A stretch of DNA of 64,000 nt from the NCBI GenBank assembly GCA_041191065.1, contig JBEEPO010000003.1, positions 51,946-115,945 of the forward strand, given 5' to 3'. The translations under genes were made by a program, and so were the position numbers. Positions 1 to 7,862 of this stretch are shown here, in pieces (position 1 is the first letter of the stretch; each line of letters begins with the position of its first letter). Source of the stretch: Verrucomicrobiota bacterium (GTDB lineage Bacteria; Verrucomicrobiota; Verrucomicrobiia; Opitutales; UBA953). The notes under the pieces are model-generated. The model saw only the letters and a program-made list of their open reading frames with translations. It did not search any database and was not told where the DNA came from.

Positions 1-963
1 GAGGCCGTCGAGCTTGTCCCAATTGCGGTCGAACTGGTTGAAGTAGAGCGCGCTGTCCAGGCGCAGGGACTTGTCCGGTTCGGCGCTCCACTTCAGGTAG
101 GTGCGCCACTGTTCGGCGACGTGGTGGTCGAACTGGGTCGAGGCGTAGCGACGGTCAGGGTTCGCGCGCAGGTCGGCCTCGGTCAGGCCGCCGTAGGTCT
201 CTTCGGCGTCGAAATCGGTCTGCCCGACCTTCAGCTCGAAGCGCTGCCGGAGGGCGCCCTTCGGCTCCCACGAGAGCTTGACCATCGGTTCGGTGAGGGT
301 GAATCCGCTGCGGCGGCCGATGCCGTCGATCGCGCGGAAGCCGTCGGTCAGCTGCGTGTGCAGTTCGACGACCGCGCCCACGCTGCCGGCCTCGGTCTGC
401 TGGGTGCCGCCGAGCCAGGTGTGGTTGAAGAAGTTGCCGTAGCTGCCGGCGGTCAGGCGCGAGAAGAAGCGACGTTCCTCCGTCGGGATGGGGGTGGACA
501 GGAAATTGACGACTCCGCCGGTGGTGTGCGGGCCGTACATCACCTGGCTCGATCCTTTGAGGAACTCGATACCCGCCATGCGGCCGGCCTTCGGGGCGTA
601 GTAGGCGTTGGGCGAGGAGTAAGGCGACGGCGCGGTGAGGATGCCGTCCTCCATCAGCGTGACCTTGGAGCTGCGGTTGCCGTCGACGCCGCGGATGGAG
701 ATGTTGGGGAAGTTGCCGAAGCCGTCTTCGTCGCGCACGAACACGCCGGGGGCGGTCGCGGCGATCTGCTTCAGGTTGGTGTAGCCGCGCGCGCGGAATT
801 CTTCGCCGTCCAGGATCACCGCCGAACCCGGCAGGGTGAAGGCGTCCGGCGCGATGCCGGTCACGGTCAGGGGCGCCAGTTCGCCGGTCTTCACGCCGGG
901 TGCGGCGGACTGAGCCACGGCGATCTGGCTGGCGGCGAGGAGGAAGAGGAGGTGCGGACGCAT
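1..963 (-). CDS. TonB-dependent outer-membrane receptor, N-terminal part (gene continues past the left edge of the window)
   Basis: Absent from the ORF track because it is edge-truncated. I translated the reverse strand by hand from the ATG (cat at 961-963). It reads MRPHLLFLLAASQIAVAQSAAPGVKTGELAPLTVTGIAPDAFTLPGSAVILDGEEFRARGYTNLKQIAATAPGVFVRDEDGFGNFPNISIRGVDGNRSSKVTLMEDGILTAPSPYSSPNAYYAPKAGRMAGIEFLKGSSQVMYGPHTTGGVVNFLSTP..., which is a signal peptide followed by typical TBDR plug-domain motifs. The frame stays open to position 1. Confidence 0.85.
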   Translation of the reverse strand, partial: MRPHLLFLLAASQIAVAQSAAPGVKTGELAPLTVTGIAPDAFTLPGSAVILDGEEFRARGYTNLKQIAATAPGVFVRDEDGFGNFPNISIRGVDGNRSSKVTLMEDGILTAPSPYSSPNAYYAPKAGRMAGIEFLKGSSQVMYGPHTTGGVVNFLSTPIPTEERRFFSRLTAGSYGNFFNHTWLGGTQQTEAGSVGAVVELHTQLTDGFRAIDGIGRRSGFTLTEPMVKLSWEPKGALRQRFELKVGQTDFDAEETYGGLTEADLRANPDRRYASTQFDHHVAEQWRTYLKWSAEPDKSLRLDSALYFNQFDRNWDKLDGL

Positions 964-987
964 GGGAAGCGGGTCGGCCTGCGAAAA

Positions 988-1036
988 TTGAGATTCAGTC
1001 TCAACAGTCAAATATGAAAATGAGTCTCAATCTCAT
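988..1036. promoter_or_regulatory. Candidate operator palindromes in the AT-rich divergent spacer between the TonB-dependent receptor and the GT2 gene
   Basis: TTGAGATTCAGTCTCAA (988-1004) is a perfect 6-N5-6 palindrome, which also reads as 7-1-7 TGAGATT-C-AGTCTCA. A related ATGAGTCTCAATCTCAT lies at 1020-1036. The surrounding DNA is locally AT-rich in an otherwise GC-rich window. The geometry resembles a Fur-family box, but the sequence is not the canonical GATAAT type. Confidence 0.3.
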
Positions 1037-1103
1037 CTCAATCGCAAAGGATGGACGTAAGGGTTGAGTTATCTCGGGAAATGGAGGATTTTAAACGTCC
1101 CCG

Positions 1104-1814
1104 ATGCCCCTCCTTATCGTCATCCCGGTCCGTAATGAGGAGCGTCGGCTGGGCCCGGGCTTGGCCCGGCTGGCCGAAAGCTTGCAGGCCAACGGCTGCG
1201 CGGACGCCCTGATCGTGGTTTCGGACAACGGCTCGACGGATTGGACGCGTTCGGTCGCCATCGAAGCGTCCGCCAAGATCCCGTATCGCGTCGTCTACCA
1301 TCGGGCGTGCGATCATGGCGACAAGGGCGTCGCGATCTTCTCCGCCTGGGAGTCGGCGCCGGAGGGCTATGACGTCCTCGCCTACTGCGACGCCGACATG
1401 GCGACGGATCCCGAAGCCTTGGTGCGCGGTTACCGTCTCATCGCGGAAGGGAAGGCTGACCTCGTCGCCGGCTCCCGTTGGCATCGCGACTCGCAGGTCA
1501 TCGGCCGCTCCTGGAAGCGCTCGCTCATCTCCGCGACGCTTTCCTTCTTCTGGCGGATGCTGCCCGGCGCGTGCCTGACCGATCCGGGCTGCGGCCTGAA
1601 GCTTGCGCGTCGTTCCGTCTTCGCTCAGCTCCAGATACCGGCCGAGGCGCGTGGCTTCTCTTTCGGCGCCGAAGCTTTCGTGCGTCTCGCCCGAGCGGGC
1701 GCCAAACTCGTCGAGATTCCCGTCAAATGGACCGACGACGACGCCGGCCGCATCCGCCTCGGCAAAGCCGCCGGCGATTACGCGCGGGCGTGGGGGAGGC
1801 TTATCAAGGGGTGA
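1104..1814 (+). CDS. Family 2 glycosyltransferase (dolichyl/polyprenyl-phosphate glycosyltransferase-like)
   Basis: 236-aa ORF with an ATG start. The N-terminus LLIVIPVRNEERRLG, then VVSDNGSTD and YCDADMATDP (DxD-like), is the usual GT-A/GT2 signature layout. Confidence 0.8.
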   Translation: MPLLIVIPVRNEERRLGPGLARLAESLQANGCADALIVVSDNGSTDWTRSVAIEASAKIPYRVVYHRACDHGDKGVAIFSAWESAPEGYDVLAYCDADMATDPEALVRGYRLIAEGKADLVAGSRWHRDSQVIGRSWKRSLISATLSFFWRMLPGACLTDPGCGLKLARRSVFAQLQIPAEARGFSFGAEAFVRLARAGAKLVEIPVKWTDDDAGRIRLGKAAGDYARAWGRLIKG

Positions 1815-1816
1815 AT

Positions 1817-1933
1817 TAGGGCTAGGGCCAGGGCTAGGGCCAGGCTGTTAAGTTCATCAGAGGAAAGAAGTAAGGCCTTCTTAGCTAAAATTACCCAGCC
1901 CTGTCCCCAGCCCTAGCCCTAGCCCTAGCCCTG
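1817..1933. repeat. Inverted hexamer-repeat arms forming a long hairpin between convergent genes (possible bidirectional terminator)
   Basis: The left arm TAGGGCTAGGGCCAGGGCTAGGGCCAGG (1817-1844) is largely complementary to the right arm CCCAGCCCTGTCCCCAGCCCTAGCCCTAGCCCTAGCCCTG (1894-1933). The spacer holds a small hairpin, AAGAAG-TAAGGC-CTTCTT. The element lies between the GT2 stop (1814) and the rnr stop (1941). There is no U-tract. Confidence 0.55.
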
Positions 1934-1940
1934 AACGTGC

Positions 1941-4262
1941 TTATCTCTGTCCCTTCCGTCGCTCCGGTCCGCGGGCCTTCTGGACCTGACGATCGTCGTA
2001 GAGGCGGAAGTCGACCTGCCGCTTGAAGCGATCCACGCGGTCGACGGTCACCTGGATGACGCCGCCGGGCATGAACTTCCGGCCGGTGCGGCTGCCGACG
2101 AGCATGTTGCCGCGGTCGTTGAGGCGGTAGTAGTCGTCGGTGAGCGTCGACATGTGCACGAGGCCGTAGGCCTGCGAGGCGTTGAGTTCGACCATGAGGC
2201 CGTGGGGTTTCACGTCGGTGATCGTGGCCTCGAACGGACGCTTGTCCGGGCGGGCGGCTTCGCGTTCGAAGAGCTCGAGGAGCTTGATCTTCACCGAGTC
2301 CCGCTCGGCTTCGGAGCTGTTGCGCTCGGTGATCGAGATGTGCTCGCAGGAGCGCGTCAGCTCGCTGAGGCCCGGCGAACGCAGGGGTTCCTTCGGCGCG
2401 GAGCGCACGCCCTGCTTCTGGATGAAGGCGTCGAAGATGCGGTGCTCCAGCAGGTCGGAGTAACGCCGGATCGGCGACGTGAAGTGCGAGTAGTGCCGCT
2501 TCGCGAGGCCGAAGTGGCCGTCGGGCGACGGACGGTAGCAGGCCTGCTTGAGCGAACGCAGGAGCTGGATGCGGATCGTATACCCGTCCTCGCGGTCCTT
2601 GAGGCTGGCGAGCAGCTTGACCATCTCGGAGCGGTGCGTGAGGTCGCCGACCTTGAAGCCGTTGCCGGCGAGTTCTTCGCGCAGGGCGGCGAGCTTCTCG
2701 GGGTCGGGGTCGTCGTGCACGCGGTTGACGTGCGGGATCGAGGCCTTGTCGAGGGCCGTCGCGACGCTCTCGTTGGCGAGGAGCATGAACTCCTCGATCA
2801 GCTGGTGTGATTCGTCGTGCTGCACGACCTCCGTGCGGTCGGCCCAGCCGTCCTTGTCGCAGTAGATCTTGATCTCCTTCATCTCCAGGTCGAGCGACCC
2901 GGCGCGGAAGCGTTCGGCGCGGAGCACCTTGGCGATGTTCCAGAGGTCGTCGATCATGCCCTGGATCAGGTCGAGCTCGGCGTCGGTGAGTTCGGCGAGC
3001 GGGCGGCCCGGCGAGCCGGTCTGGTGCGGCGGCGGGGCGGGCAGGGCGCGGATCTGTTCCTTCGTCAGGTGCCGCAGGAACGCGTAGGCCTGCTTGTAGG
3101 TCAGGCGCTTGACGCTGCGGATGACCGAGTTCGCGAACTCCGTCCGCACCAGGCGGGCGTCCGGGGTGAACTCGCAGATCACCGTCTTGACCAGGCGGTC
3201 TTCGGCTTCGACGAGCGAGCAGAGGCCGCTGGAGAGCGCGTGCGGGAGCATCGGGATGACCGTGCCGACGAGGTAGGTGGAGTTGCCGCGTTCGCGCGCC
3301 TCGACGTCGAGGGGCGAGCCGGTCTTCACGTAGGAGGAGACGTCGGCGATGTGGATGCCCACGCGGACGTTGCCGTTCGGCATGCGCTCCACGGACAGGG
3401 CGTCGTCGAAGTCCTTCGCGTCATCCGGGTCGATGGTGATCGTCGGGATCGCGCGGAAGTCCTCGCGGCCGACGCAGTCGGCCTTGGTGACGACCTTCCC
3501 GAAGGCGTTGGCCTCGGCGGCGACCGCGGGCGGGAATTCCGGGTTCAGGCCGTAGCGGCGCAGGATGGCGAGGTATTCGGCCATCGGCGTGTGGGTGACG
3601 CCGAGGACTTCGGTCACCGTGCCCGTCGGGCTGAGGTTGCGGCGTTCCCAGGCGTCGAGGCGGACGACGACCTTGTCGCCGGGCTTGGGCGCGGGCGTCA
3701 GGCCGGCGCGGGCGGGGTCGCGCACGATGATCTCGCGCGAGACGCGGGGATCGTCCGGGACGACGAACCACTGCAGGCGGTTGTTGCCGAGCGTGCCCGT
3801 CAGCTGGGTGAGCGCGCGCTTGACGACGCGCACGACCGTGCCCGTGCCCCAGTCGTCGCCGTTGCGGTCGCGGCGGTTGGCGTTGAGCTTCACCAGCACG
3901 CGGTCGCCGTGGAGCGCGACGTGCGTGTCGTCGGCGTCGATGTGCAGCTGTTCGCGGGGCGGCGAGCCGGGGACGGCGTCGAAGACCACGCGGGCGGAGC
4001 CGCTCGGGCGGAAGAGGATGGTGCCCTCGAGGAGCTCGGCGTCGGGCTTGCGGGCGCCGCCTCCCTGCCCGGCGGAGGGCAGGGCGAGCAGGTGGCCTTT
4101 GACGGTCACGACCGCCCCGGCCTTGATGAGGCGGGGGATCGTCTTGCTGAGGCGTCGCAGGTCTTCGCGCGTGCCGCCGAGGGCCTGCACGATGGCTTCG
4201 AGGCGCATCGGCTTGTAGCCGGGACGCGCGAGGAACTTCAGGAGGACTTCTTCGGCGCTCAT
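1941..4262 (-). CDS. rnr: Ribonuclease R (3'-5' exoribonuclease, RNB + S1 domains, basic C-terminal tail)
   Basis: The ORF 1941..4775 contains the RNase R-like sequence from MSAEEVLLKFLARPGYKPMRLEAIV onward. It has an RNB catalytic region (TIDPDDAKDFDDALSVE, HFGLAKRHYSHFTSPIRRYSDLLEHR), an S1 domain (FEATITDVKPHGLMVELN) and an Arg/Lys-rich tail. I place the start at the ATG at 4262 (cat 4260-4262), which overlaps the upstream stop as ATGA. The 171-aa Arg/Pro-rich extension in the track overlaps the upstream gene and is rejected. Confidence 0.9.
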   Translation of the reverse strand: MSAEEVLLKFLARPGYKPMRLEAIVQALGGTREDLRRLSKTIPRLIKAGAVVTVKGHLLALPSAGQGGGARKPDAELLEGTILFRPSGSARVVFDAVPGSPPREQLHIDADDTHVALHGDRVLVKLNANRRDRNGDDWGTGTVVRVVKRALTQLTGTLGNNRLQWFVVPDDPRVSREIIVRDPARAGLTPAPKPGDKVVVRLDAWERRNLSPTGTVTEVLGVTHTPMAEYLAILRRYGLNPEFPPAVAAEANAFGKVVTKADCVGREDFRAIPTITIDPDDAKDFDDALSVERMPNGNVRVGIHIADVSSYVKTGSPLDVEARERGNSTYLVGTVIPMLPHALSSGLCSLVEAEDRLVKTVICEFTPDARLVRTEFANSVIRSVKRLTYKQAYAFLRHLTKEQIRALPAPPPHQTGSPGRPLAELTDAELDLIQGMIDDLWNIAKVLRAERFRAGSLDLEMKEIKIYCDKDGWADRTEVVQHDESHQLIEEFMLLANESVATALDKASIPHVNRVHDDPDPEKLAALREELAGNGFKVGDLTHRSEMVKLLASLKDREDGYTIRIQLLRSLKQACYRPSPDGHFGLAKRHYSHFTSPIRRYSDLLEHRIFDAFIQKQGVRSAPKEPLRSPGLSELTRSCEHISITERNSSEAERDSVKIKLLELFEREAARPDKRPFEATITDVKPHGLMVELNASQAYGLVHMSTLTDDYYRLNDRGNMLVGSRTGRKFMPGGVIQVTVDRVDRFKRQVDFRLYDDRQVQKARGPERRKGQR

Positions 4263-5962
4263 GCGCTTTCGTTCGCGCCTCCGAGCAGGCTGCCCAGGTA
4301 GGGCATGAGCTGCTTCTTGCGGCTGACGATGCCGGGCAGGTCGAAGATGTCCGGCGGGCGTTTCTGCGGGTAGGTGATGGCCTGCACGACCTCGGCGTCG
4401 CCGCGGATCAGGAAGAGCGAGCTCTGGGTGTCGATGTCGGTCACGAGGAGGCAGGAGAAGTTCAGGCCGTTCTCCATCCGGTATTTCTCGAGGGCTTCGA
4501 GGAGGGCGTCCTCGCACTTCCAGAAGTTCGTGAAGCCGAGCTCTTCGACCTGCGAGACCGAGAAGCGGCGTTCGCCTTCGCGGTACTGCTTGCAGTCCGC
4601 GCGGACGGCGGCGGCCGGGCTGAGGGTCGAGAGCACCGAGCCGGCGTTGAAGATCATGTCGGCCAGCTGGCGCGGGTCCGCGTCGGCGATCCGCGCGAGC
4701 CACTGGAGCAGGTCGGCGTCGAGCGGCGTGGTCGTCGGGCTCTGCAGGAGCAGCGTGTCCGAGATGATGCCGCACATCATCAGGCCGGCGATCTGCGGCG
4801 TGGGCTTCAGGTCGGCGGTGCGGAACATGTCCGCGACGATCGAGCAGGTGGAGCCGAGCGGGCGGTTGATGAAGAGGATCGGCTGGTGCGTCGGCGCGTT
4901 GCCGAGGCGGTGGTGGTCGACGACCTCGGCGATCTCGACTTCGGCGGCGCCGTCGACGGCCTGCGAGAGCTCGTTGTGGTCGACGAGCACGAGCTTGGCG
5001 CGCGGCGGGTTGATGATGTCCGACTTGGTGAAGACGCCGAGCAGGCGGCCGTCCTCGTCGACGACATGGCAGATCAGGGCCGGGTTCTGGACGATGCGGC
5101 GGCGGGCCACGGAGAGCTTCTCCTGCGGCTTGAAGGTGAAGGCGTCGCGTTGGACGAGGCCGCCCACGAGCGTGGAGGCGCGCACGGCCCAGGCGGTCGT
5201 GGCGCTGTCGGTGTCGGCGTAGGCGACTGAGACCTTGGCGGCCTTGGCGCGCTCGAGGACTTCGGGCCTCATGCGGTGCCCGCCGGTGACGATGATGATG
5301 CGGACGCCCATCTCGATGGCGCGCAGGTGCACGTCGGCGCGGTCGCCCACGACGATCACGCTCTTGTTCGTCGGGATGCCTTCGACCGTCGCGGACTTGC
5401 CGAAGGAATCGAGTTCCATGGCGGCGACGCGCACGTAGAGGTCCTCGACGCTCGCGGCGTCGTAGGCGACGACCTCGGTGCCGCCGATGGAGCGGATGAT
5501 GGCGTTGATCGAGCTGGTGACCTTGCGCATCGAGGTCGCGCGCTTGGGCTTCGGGATGAAGTAGTCGCCGAGGCTGAAGATGGAGACGTAGCCTTCGAGG
5601 CGGCCGTCCTTGCCGACGACCGGGAGCGCGCGCACGTCATGCAGGTCGAGGAGCTCGAGCGCGCGGGCGCACGTGTCGTCGACGCTGACCTTGAACGGGT
5701 CGCGGTGCATGATGTCCTCGATGCGCGGGATGACGTCGCCCACGAATTCGGGCAGCGCGGCGCCGAAGCGACCGAGGATCGCGTCGATACGCGCGTTGGA
5801 ATTGCCGCAGCGGGCGGGCTTGAAGCCGGTCTGGCCGGAGGCTTCCTTGAAGGCGGCGTAGGCGAGGGCGGAGCAGATGGCGTCGGCGTCAGGATTCTTA
5901 TGGCCGATGATGTACGTCGGTTGGGCGGAACGGGCCAGGGGCAGGGGAGGAGGGACGGACAT
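4259..5962 (-). CDS. ppaC: CBS/DRTGG-domain-containing family II inorganic pyrophosphatase (DHH-CBS-DRTGG-CBS-DHH-DHHA2 architecture)
   Basis: 567 aa. It has the DHH motif region IIGHKNPDADAICSALAYA, a CBS-like insert, VLVDHNE and VVDHHRLG, and a C-terminal DHHA2-like region (SVSQVEELGF...LLVTDI). Its stop overlaps the rnr start. Confidence 0.8.
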   Translation of the reverse strand: MSVPPPLPLARSAQPTYIIGHKNPDADAICSALAYAAFKEASGQTGFKPARCGNSNARIDAILGRFGAALPEFVGDVIPRIEDIMHRDPFKVSVDDTCARALELLDLHDVRALPVVGKDGRLEGYVSIFSLGDYFIPKPKRATSMRKVTSSINAIIRSIGGTEVVAYDAASVEDLYVRVAAMELDSFGKSATVEGIPTNKSVIVVGDRADVHLRAIEMGVRIIIVTGGHRMRPEVLERAKAAKVSVAYADTDSATTAWAVRASTLVGGLVQRDAFTFKPQEKLSVARRRIVQNPALICHVVDEDGRLLGVFTKSDIINPPRAKLVLVDHNELSQAVDGAAEVEIAEVVDHHRLGNAPTHQPILFINRPLGSTCSIVADMFRTADLKPTPQIAGLMMCGIISDTLLLQSPTTTPLDADLLQWLARIADADPRQLADMIFNAGSVLSTLSPAAAVRADCKQYREGERRFSVSQVEELGFTNFWKCEDALLEALEKYRMENGLNFSCLLVTDIDTQSSLFLIRGDAEVVQAITYPQKRPPDIFDLPGIVSRKKQLMPYLGSLLGGANESA

Positions 5963-6140
5963 GGCGGACGACGCAGGGCGTAGGGCGTTTGTAAGGGTGG
6001 GACGCGCGGGAGGGAAGATTAATGGGGCGAAGCCGAGGATGGCTTAGGTGAGGGCGGTGAGCGGATAGCTCGCCTTTGTCCTGCCTAATTGATGCTTTGT
6101 GAAAAGGCGTCTGACCGTTGTCGTGCGCGAACGGGCTCGA

Positions 6141-6170
6141 GGCAGGGTCGGCACTGCGTGCTGCCCTAGC
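6141..6170. repeat. GC-rich hairpin module (variant of the GGGCAGCAC...GTGCTGCCC family)
   Basis: GGCAGGGTCGGCACTGCGTGCTGCCCTAGC. The GGCAC/GTGCTGCCC core is related to the copies at 7767-7791, 8110-8132, 49113-49137 and 50878-50905. Confidence 0.5.
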
Positions 6171-6199
6171 TGTCTCTGATTCGCCGCAGGGCGAGTCCA

Positions 6200-6262
6200 G
6201 GTAGGGGCACGATTCATCGTGCACTCCTTTGTCGGAGGGCGCGGCGAAGCCATGCCCCTACC
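6200..6262. repeat. GGTAGGGG...CCCCTACC-bracketed structured element
   Basis: GGTAGGGGCA (6200-6209) pairs with TGCCCCTACC (6253-6262). Internal hairpins are GCACGAT-TC-ATCGTGC and CTCC-TTTGTC-GGAG. The bracket is the same as at 7863-7918 and 11686-11744. Confidence 0.5.
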
Positions 6263-6329
6263 CGAGGCCGCCCTGCGGCGGCCCTATGTCGTGACGCGGT
6301 CCCGACCCTACCCGAGGCAACGGCTATCA

Positions 6330-6440
6330 GCTCAAGGGGAAACCGGAGACCGGATGATCGGCGGGGGACCACTTTCAGGTCCCAGGTCTCGGCCATCAGG
6401 ACTCAGGTACGGGTTTCCAGGTTCAGGTGCAGGTTCAGGA
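6330..6440 (+). repeat. Interspersed repeat, left arm of the inverted pair flanking the OYE gene (R1a motif plus tail)
   Basis: GCTCAAGGGGAAACCGGAGACCGGATGATCGGCGGGGGACCACTTTCAGGTCCCAGGTCTCGGCC (6330-6394) matches the reverse complement of 7977-8048, with 25-nt and 23-nt near-identical ends. Weaker homology continues through the GGGTT..TCAGGTG.. hexamer-like run to about 6440. Confidence 0.7.
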
Positions 6441-6561
6441 AATCTGCCCTCTGTCATCCGTCATCGATGCAGCCCTCCATTCAGCCCTCAACGCAGTCCT
6501 CCGGTCCTCGGGCCCTCAGCCCTCCTGCCCTCCGGTCCTCGAAACCTCCGTCTCTCCCCAT

Positions 6562-6590
6562 CCGCCAACCGCTAACCGCCAACCGCTACC
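6562..6590. repeat. CCGCCAACCGCTAA-type short tandem repeat
   Basis: CCGCCAACCGCTAACCGCCAACCGCTACC. A longer related run, CAGCCGCCAGCCGCCAGCCGCCAACCGCCAACCGCTAACCGCCAA, lies at 62404-62448. Confidence 0.6.
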
Positions 6591-6648
6591 ACCTCTCCCG
6601 CCTCCTTTCCTCCTGTCCTCTTTTCCTTCGTCCCTCTATCTTCCGCCA

Positions 6649-7728
6649 ATGTCCTCCCTCTTCACTCCTCTCCAAGTCGGCGCCCTGACGCTGCCCAACC
6701 GCATCCTGATGGCTCCGCTGACCCGTTGTCGCGCCGAGGGGGCCAATGTCCCGACGGACCTGATGGCGGAATATTACGCCCAGCGCGCCGGCGCGGGCCT
6801 GATCATCGCCGAGGCCACCACGGTCTCGCCCCGCGGCCATGGCTACCCTAACACCCCTGGCATCTACACCGATGAACAGGTCGCGGGCTGGAAGAAGGTC
6901 ACGTCCGCCGTGCATGCCAAGGGCGGCCGCATCTTCCTGCAGCTCTGGCATGTGGGTCGCATCTCGCACCCGGATTACCAGCCGAACGGCGAACTCCCCG
7001 TCGCCCCGTCCGCCATCAGGCCCAAGGGCCAGGTCTGGACCGGCAAGGCGATGGCCGACTACGTCACGCCCCGCGCCCTGCAACTGGAAGAGATCCCCGG
7101 CATCGTCGCCGAATACGTCCGCGGCGCGCGCCTGGCCAAGGAAGCCGGCTTCGACGGCGTCGAGATCCACAATGCCAACGGCTACCTCCTCGACCAGTTC
7201 CTCCGCAGCGGCACGAACACGCGCACCGACGGTTACGGCAGTTCGCTCGCCGCCCGCGCCCGCCTGACGCTCGAAGTCGCCAACGCCTGCGTCTCCGTCT
7301 GGGGCTCGGACCGCGTGGGTATCCGTCTTTCGCCCGGGGGCGTGTTCAATGACATGTCCGACGCCGACCCGGCCGAGACCTTCGGCTACGTCCTCCGCGA
7401 ACTCTCCAAGCTCGAGCTCGCCTACGCGCACGTCACGCGCGTCACCGCCCAGGACGTCGCGCATGGCGCGACGACCGGTGTCGGACCCGAGGAACTGCGT
7501 AAGGATTTCCAGGGCGTGCTCATCACCGCCGGCGGTTTCGATCGCGCGCAGGCCGAGCAGGCCATCGCCGAAGGCTGGGCGGACGCGGTCGCTTTCGGCG
7601 TGCCGTTCCTCGCGAACCCCGATCTCCCGCGTCGCCTCAAGGAAAATCTCGCGCTCAACACCCCCGACGAAAGCACCTTCTACGCCTCCGGCCCGAAGGG
7701 ATATACGGATTATCCGACCGCAGGCTGA
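6649..7728 (+). CDS. nemA: Old Yellow Enzyme family NADH:flavin oxidoreductase / alkene (N-ethylmaleimide) reductase
   Basis: From the ATG at 6649: MSSLFTPLQVGALTLPNRILMAPLTRCRAE...IFLQLWHVGRISHP...GFDGVEIHNANGYLLDQFL...RTDGYGGS-like...GIRLSP...FGVPFLANPDLPRRL. These are the classic OYE/NemA motifs, and the length (359 aa) fits. The track start at 6427 reads through Pro/Ser-rich repeat DNA and is rejected. Confidence 0.85.
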   Translation: MSSLFTPLQVGALTLPNRILMAPLTRCRAEGANVPTDLMAEYYAQRAGAGLIIAEATTVSPRGHGYPNTPGIYTDEQVAGWKKVTSAVHAKGGRIFLQLWHVGRISHPDYQPNGELPVAPSAIRPKGQVWTGKAMADYVTPRALQLEEIPGIVAEYVRGARLAKEAGFDGVEIHNANGYLLDQFLRSGTNTRTDGYGSSLAARARLTLEVANACVSVWGSDRVGIRLSPGGVFNDMSDADPAETFGYVLRELSKLELAYAHVTRVTAQDVAHGATTGVGPEELRKDFQGVLITAGGFDRAQAEQAIAEGWADAVAFGVPFLANPDLPRRLKENLALNTPDESTFYASGPKGYTDYPTAG

Positions 7729-7744
7729 AGCCTGCGGAGGGCCA

Positions 7745-7848
7745 GAGCTAGGGCTAGGTGATATTGGTAGGGGCAGCACCGCGTGCTGCCCTCGTTGTAT
7801 CGGGATAATCCTTCACTCAAAGGGAGACCGGAAACCGGATAGGATGCG
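7745..7848 (+). repeat. Composite interspersed element: (GGGCTA)n - TGATATTGG - GGGGCAGCAC/GTGCTGCCC hairpin - R1b motif
   Basis: AGCTAGGGCTAGGTGATATTGGTAGGGGCAGCACCGCGTGCTGCCC...CTCAAAGGGAGACCGGAAACCGGATAGGATGC. It is nearly collinear with 50845-51000. It is also an imperfect inverted copy of 8018-8195. Confidence 0.7.
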
Positions 7849-7862
7849 TCGGTTTTGCCTTG

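Noticed and set aside
121-1017. 298-aa plus-strand ORF at the left edge
   Set aside because: It is antisense to a clear TonB-dependent receptor reading frame that I translated by hand. Its product is an Ala/Gly/Arg/Val-rich low-complexity sequence typical of off-frame high-GC ORFs.
4263-4775. 171-aa N-terminal extension of the RNase R ORF (track ORF 1941..4775)
   Set aside because: The extension is Arg/Pro-rich nonsense and lies entirely inside the well-supported CBS-PPase gene in another frame. An ATG at 4262 starts a typical RNase R N-terminus and overlaps the upstream stop.
5898-6575. Small ORFs inside repeat-filled spacers (5898..6224, 6044..6253, 6214..6396, 6219..6575, 7855..8046, 7914..8108, 49025..49348, 62079..62333)
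   Set aside because: They are composed of the interspersed repeat modules, overlap one another on both strands, and have no recognisable motifs. Peptides such as ...GRGSTACCP... simply translate the GGGGCAGCAC hairpin.
6427-6648. Upstream extensions of real genes through repeat DNA (nemA from 6427, ppnP to 50912, sulfatase 1 from TTG 55504, sulfatase 2 from 58208, nuoB from TTG 55400)
   Set aside because: The extensions translate to Pro/Ser/Leu-rich strings across interspersed repeats, or they overlap the preceding gene. Internal ATGs give family-typical N-termini and signal peptides.
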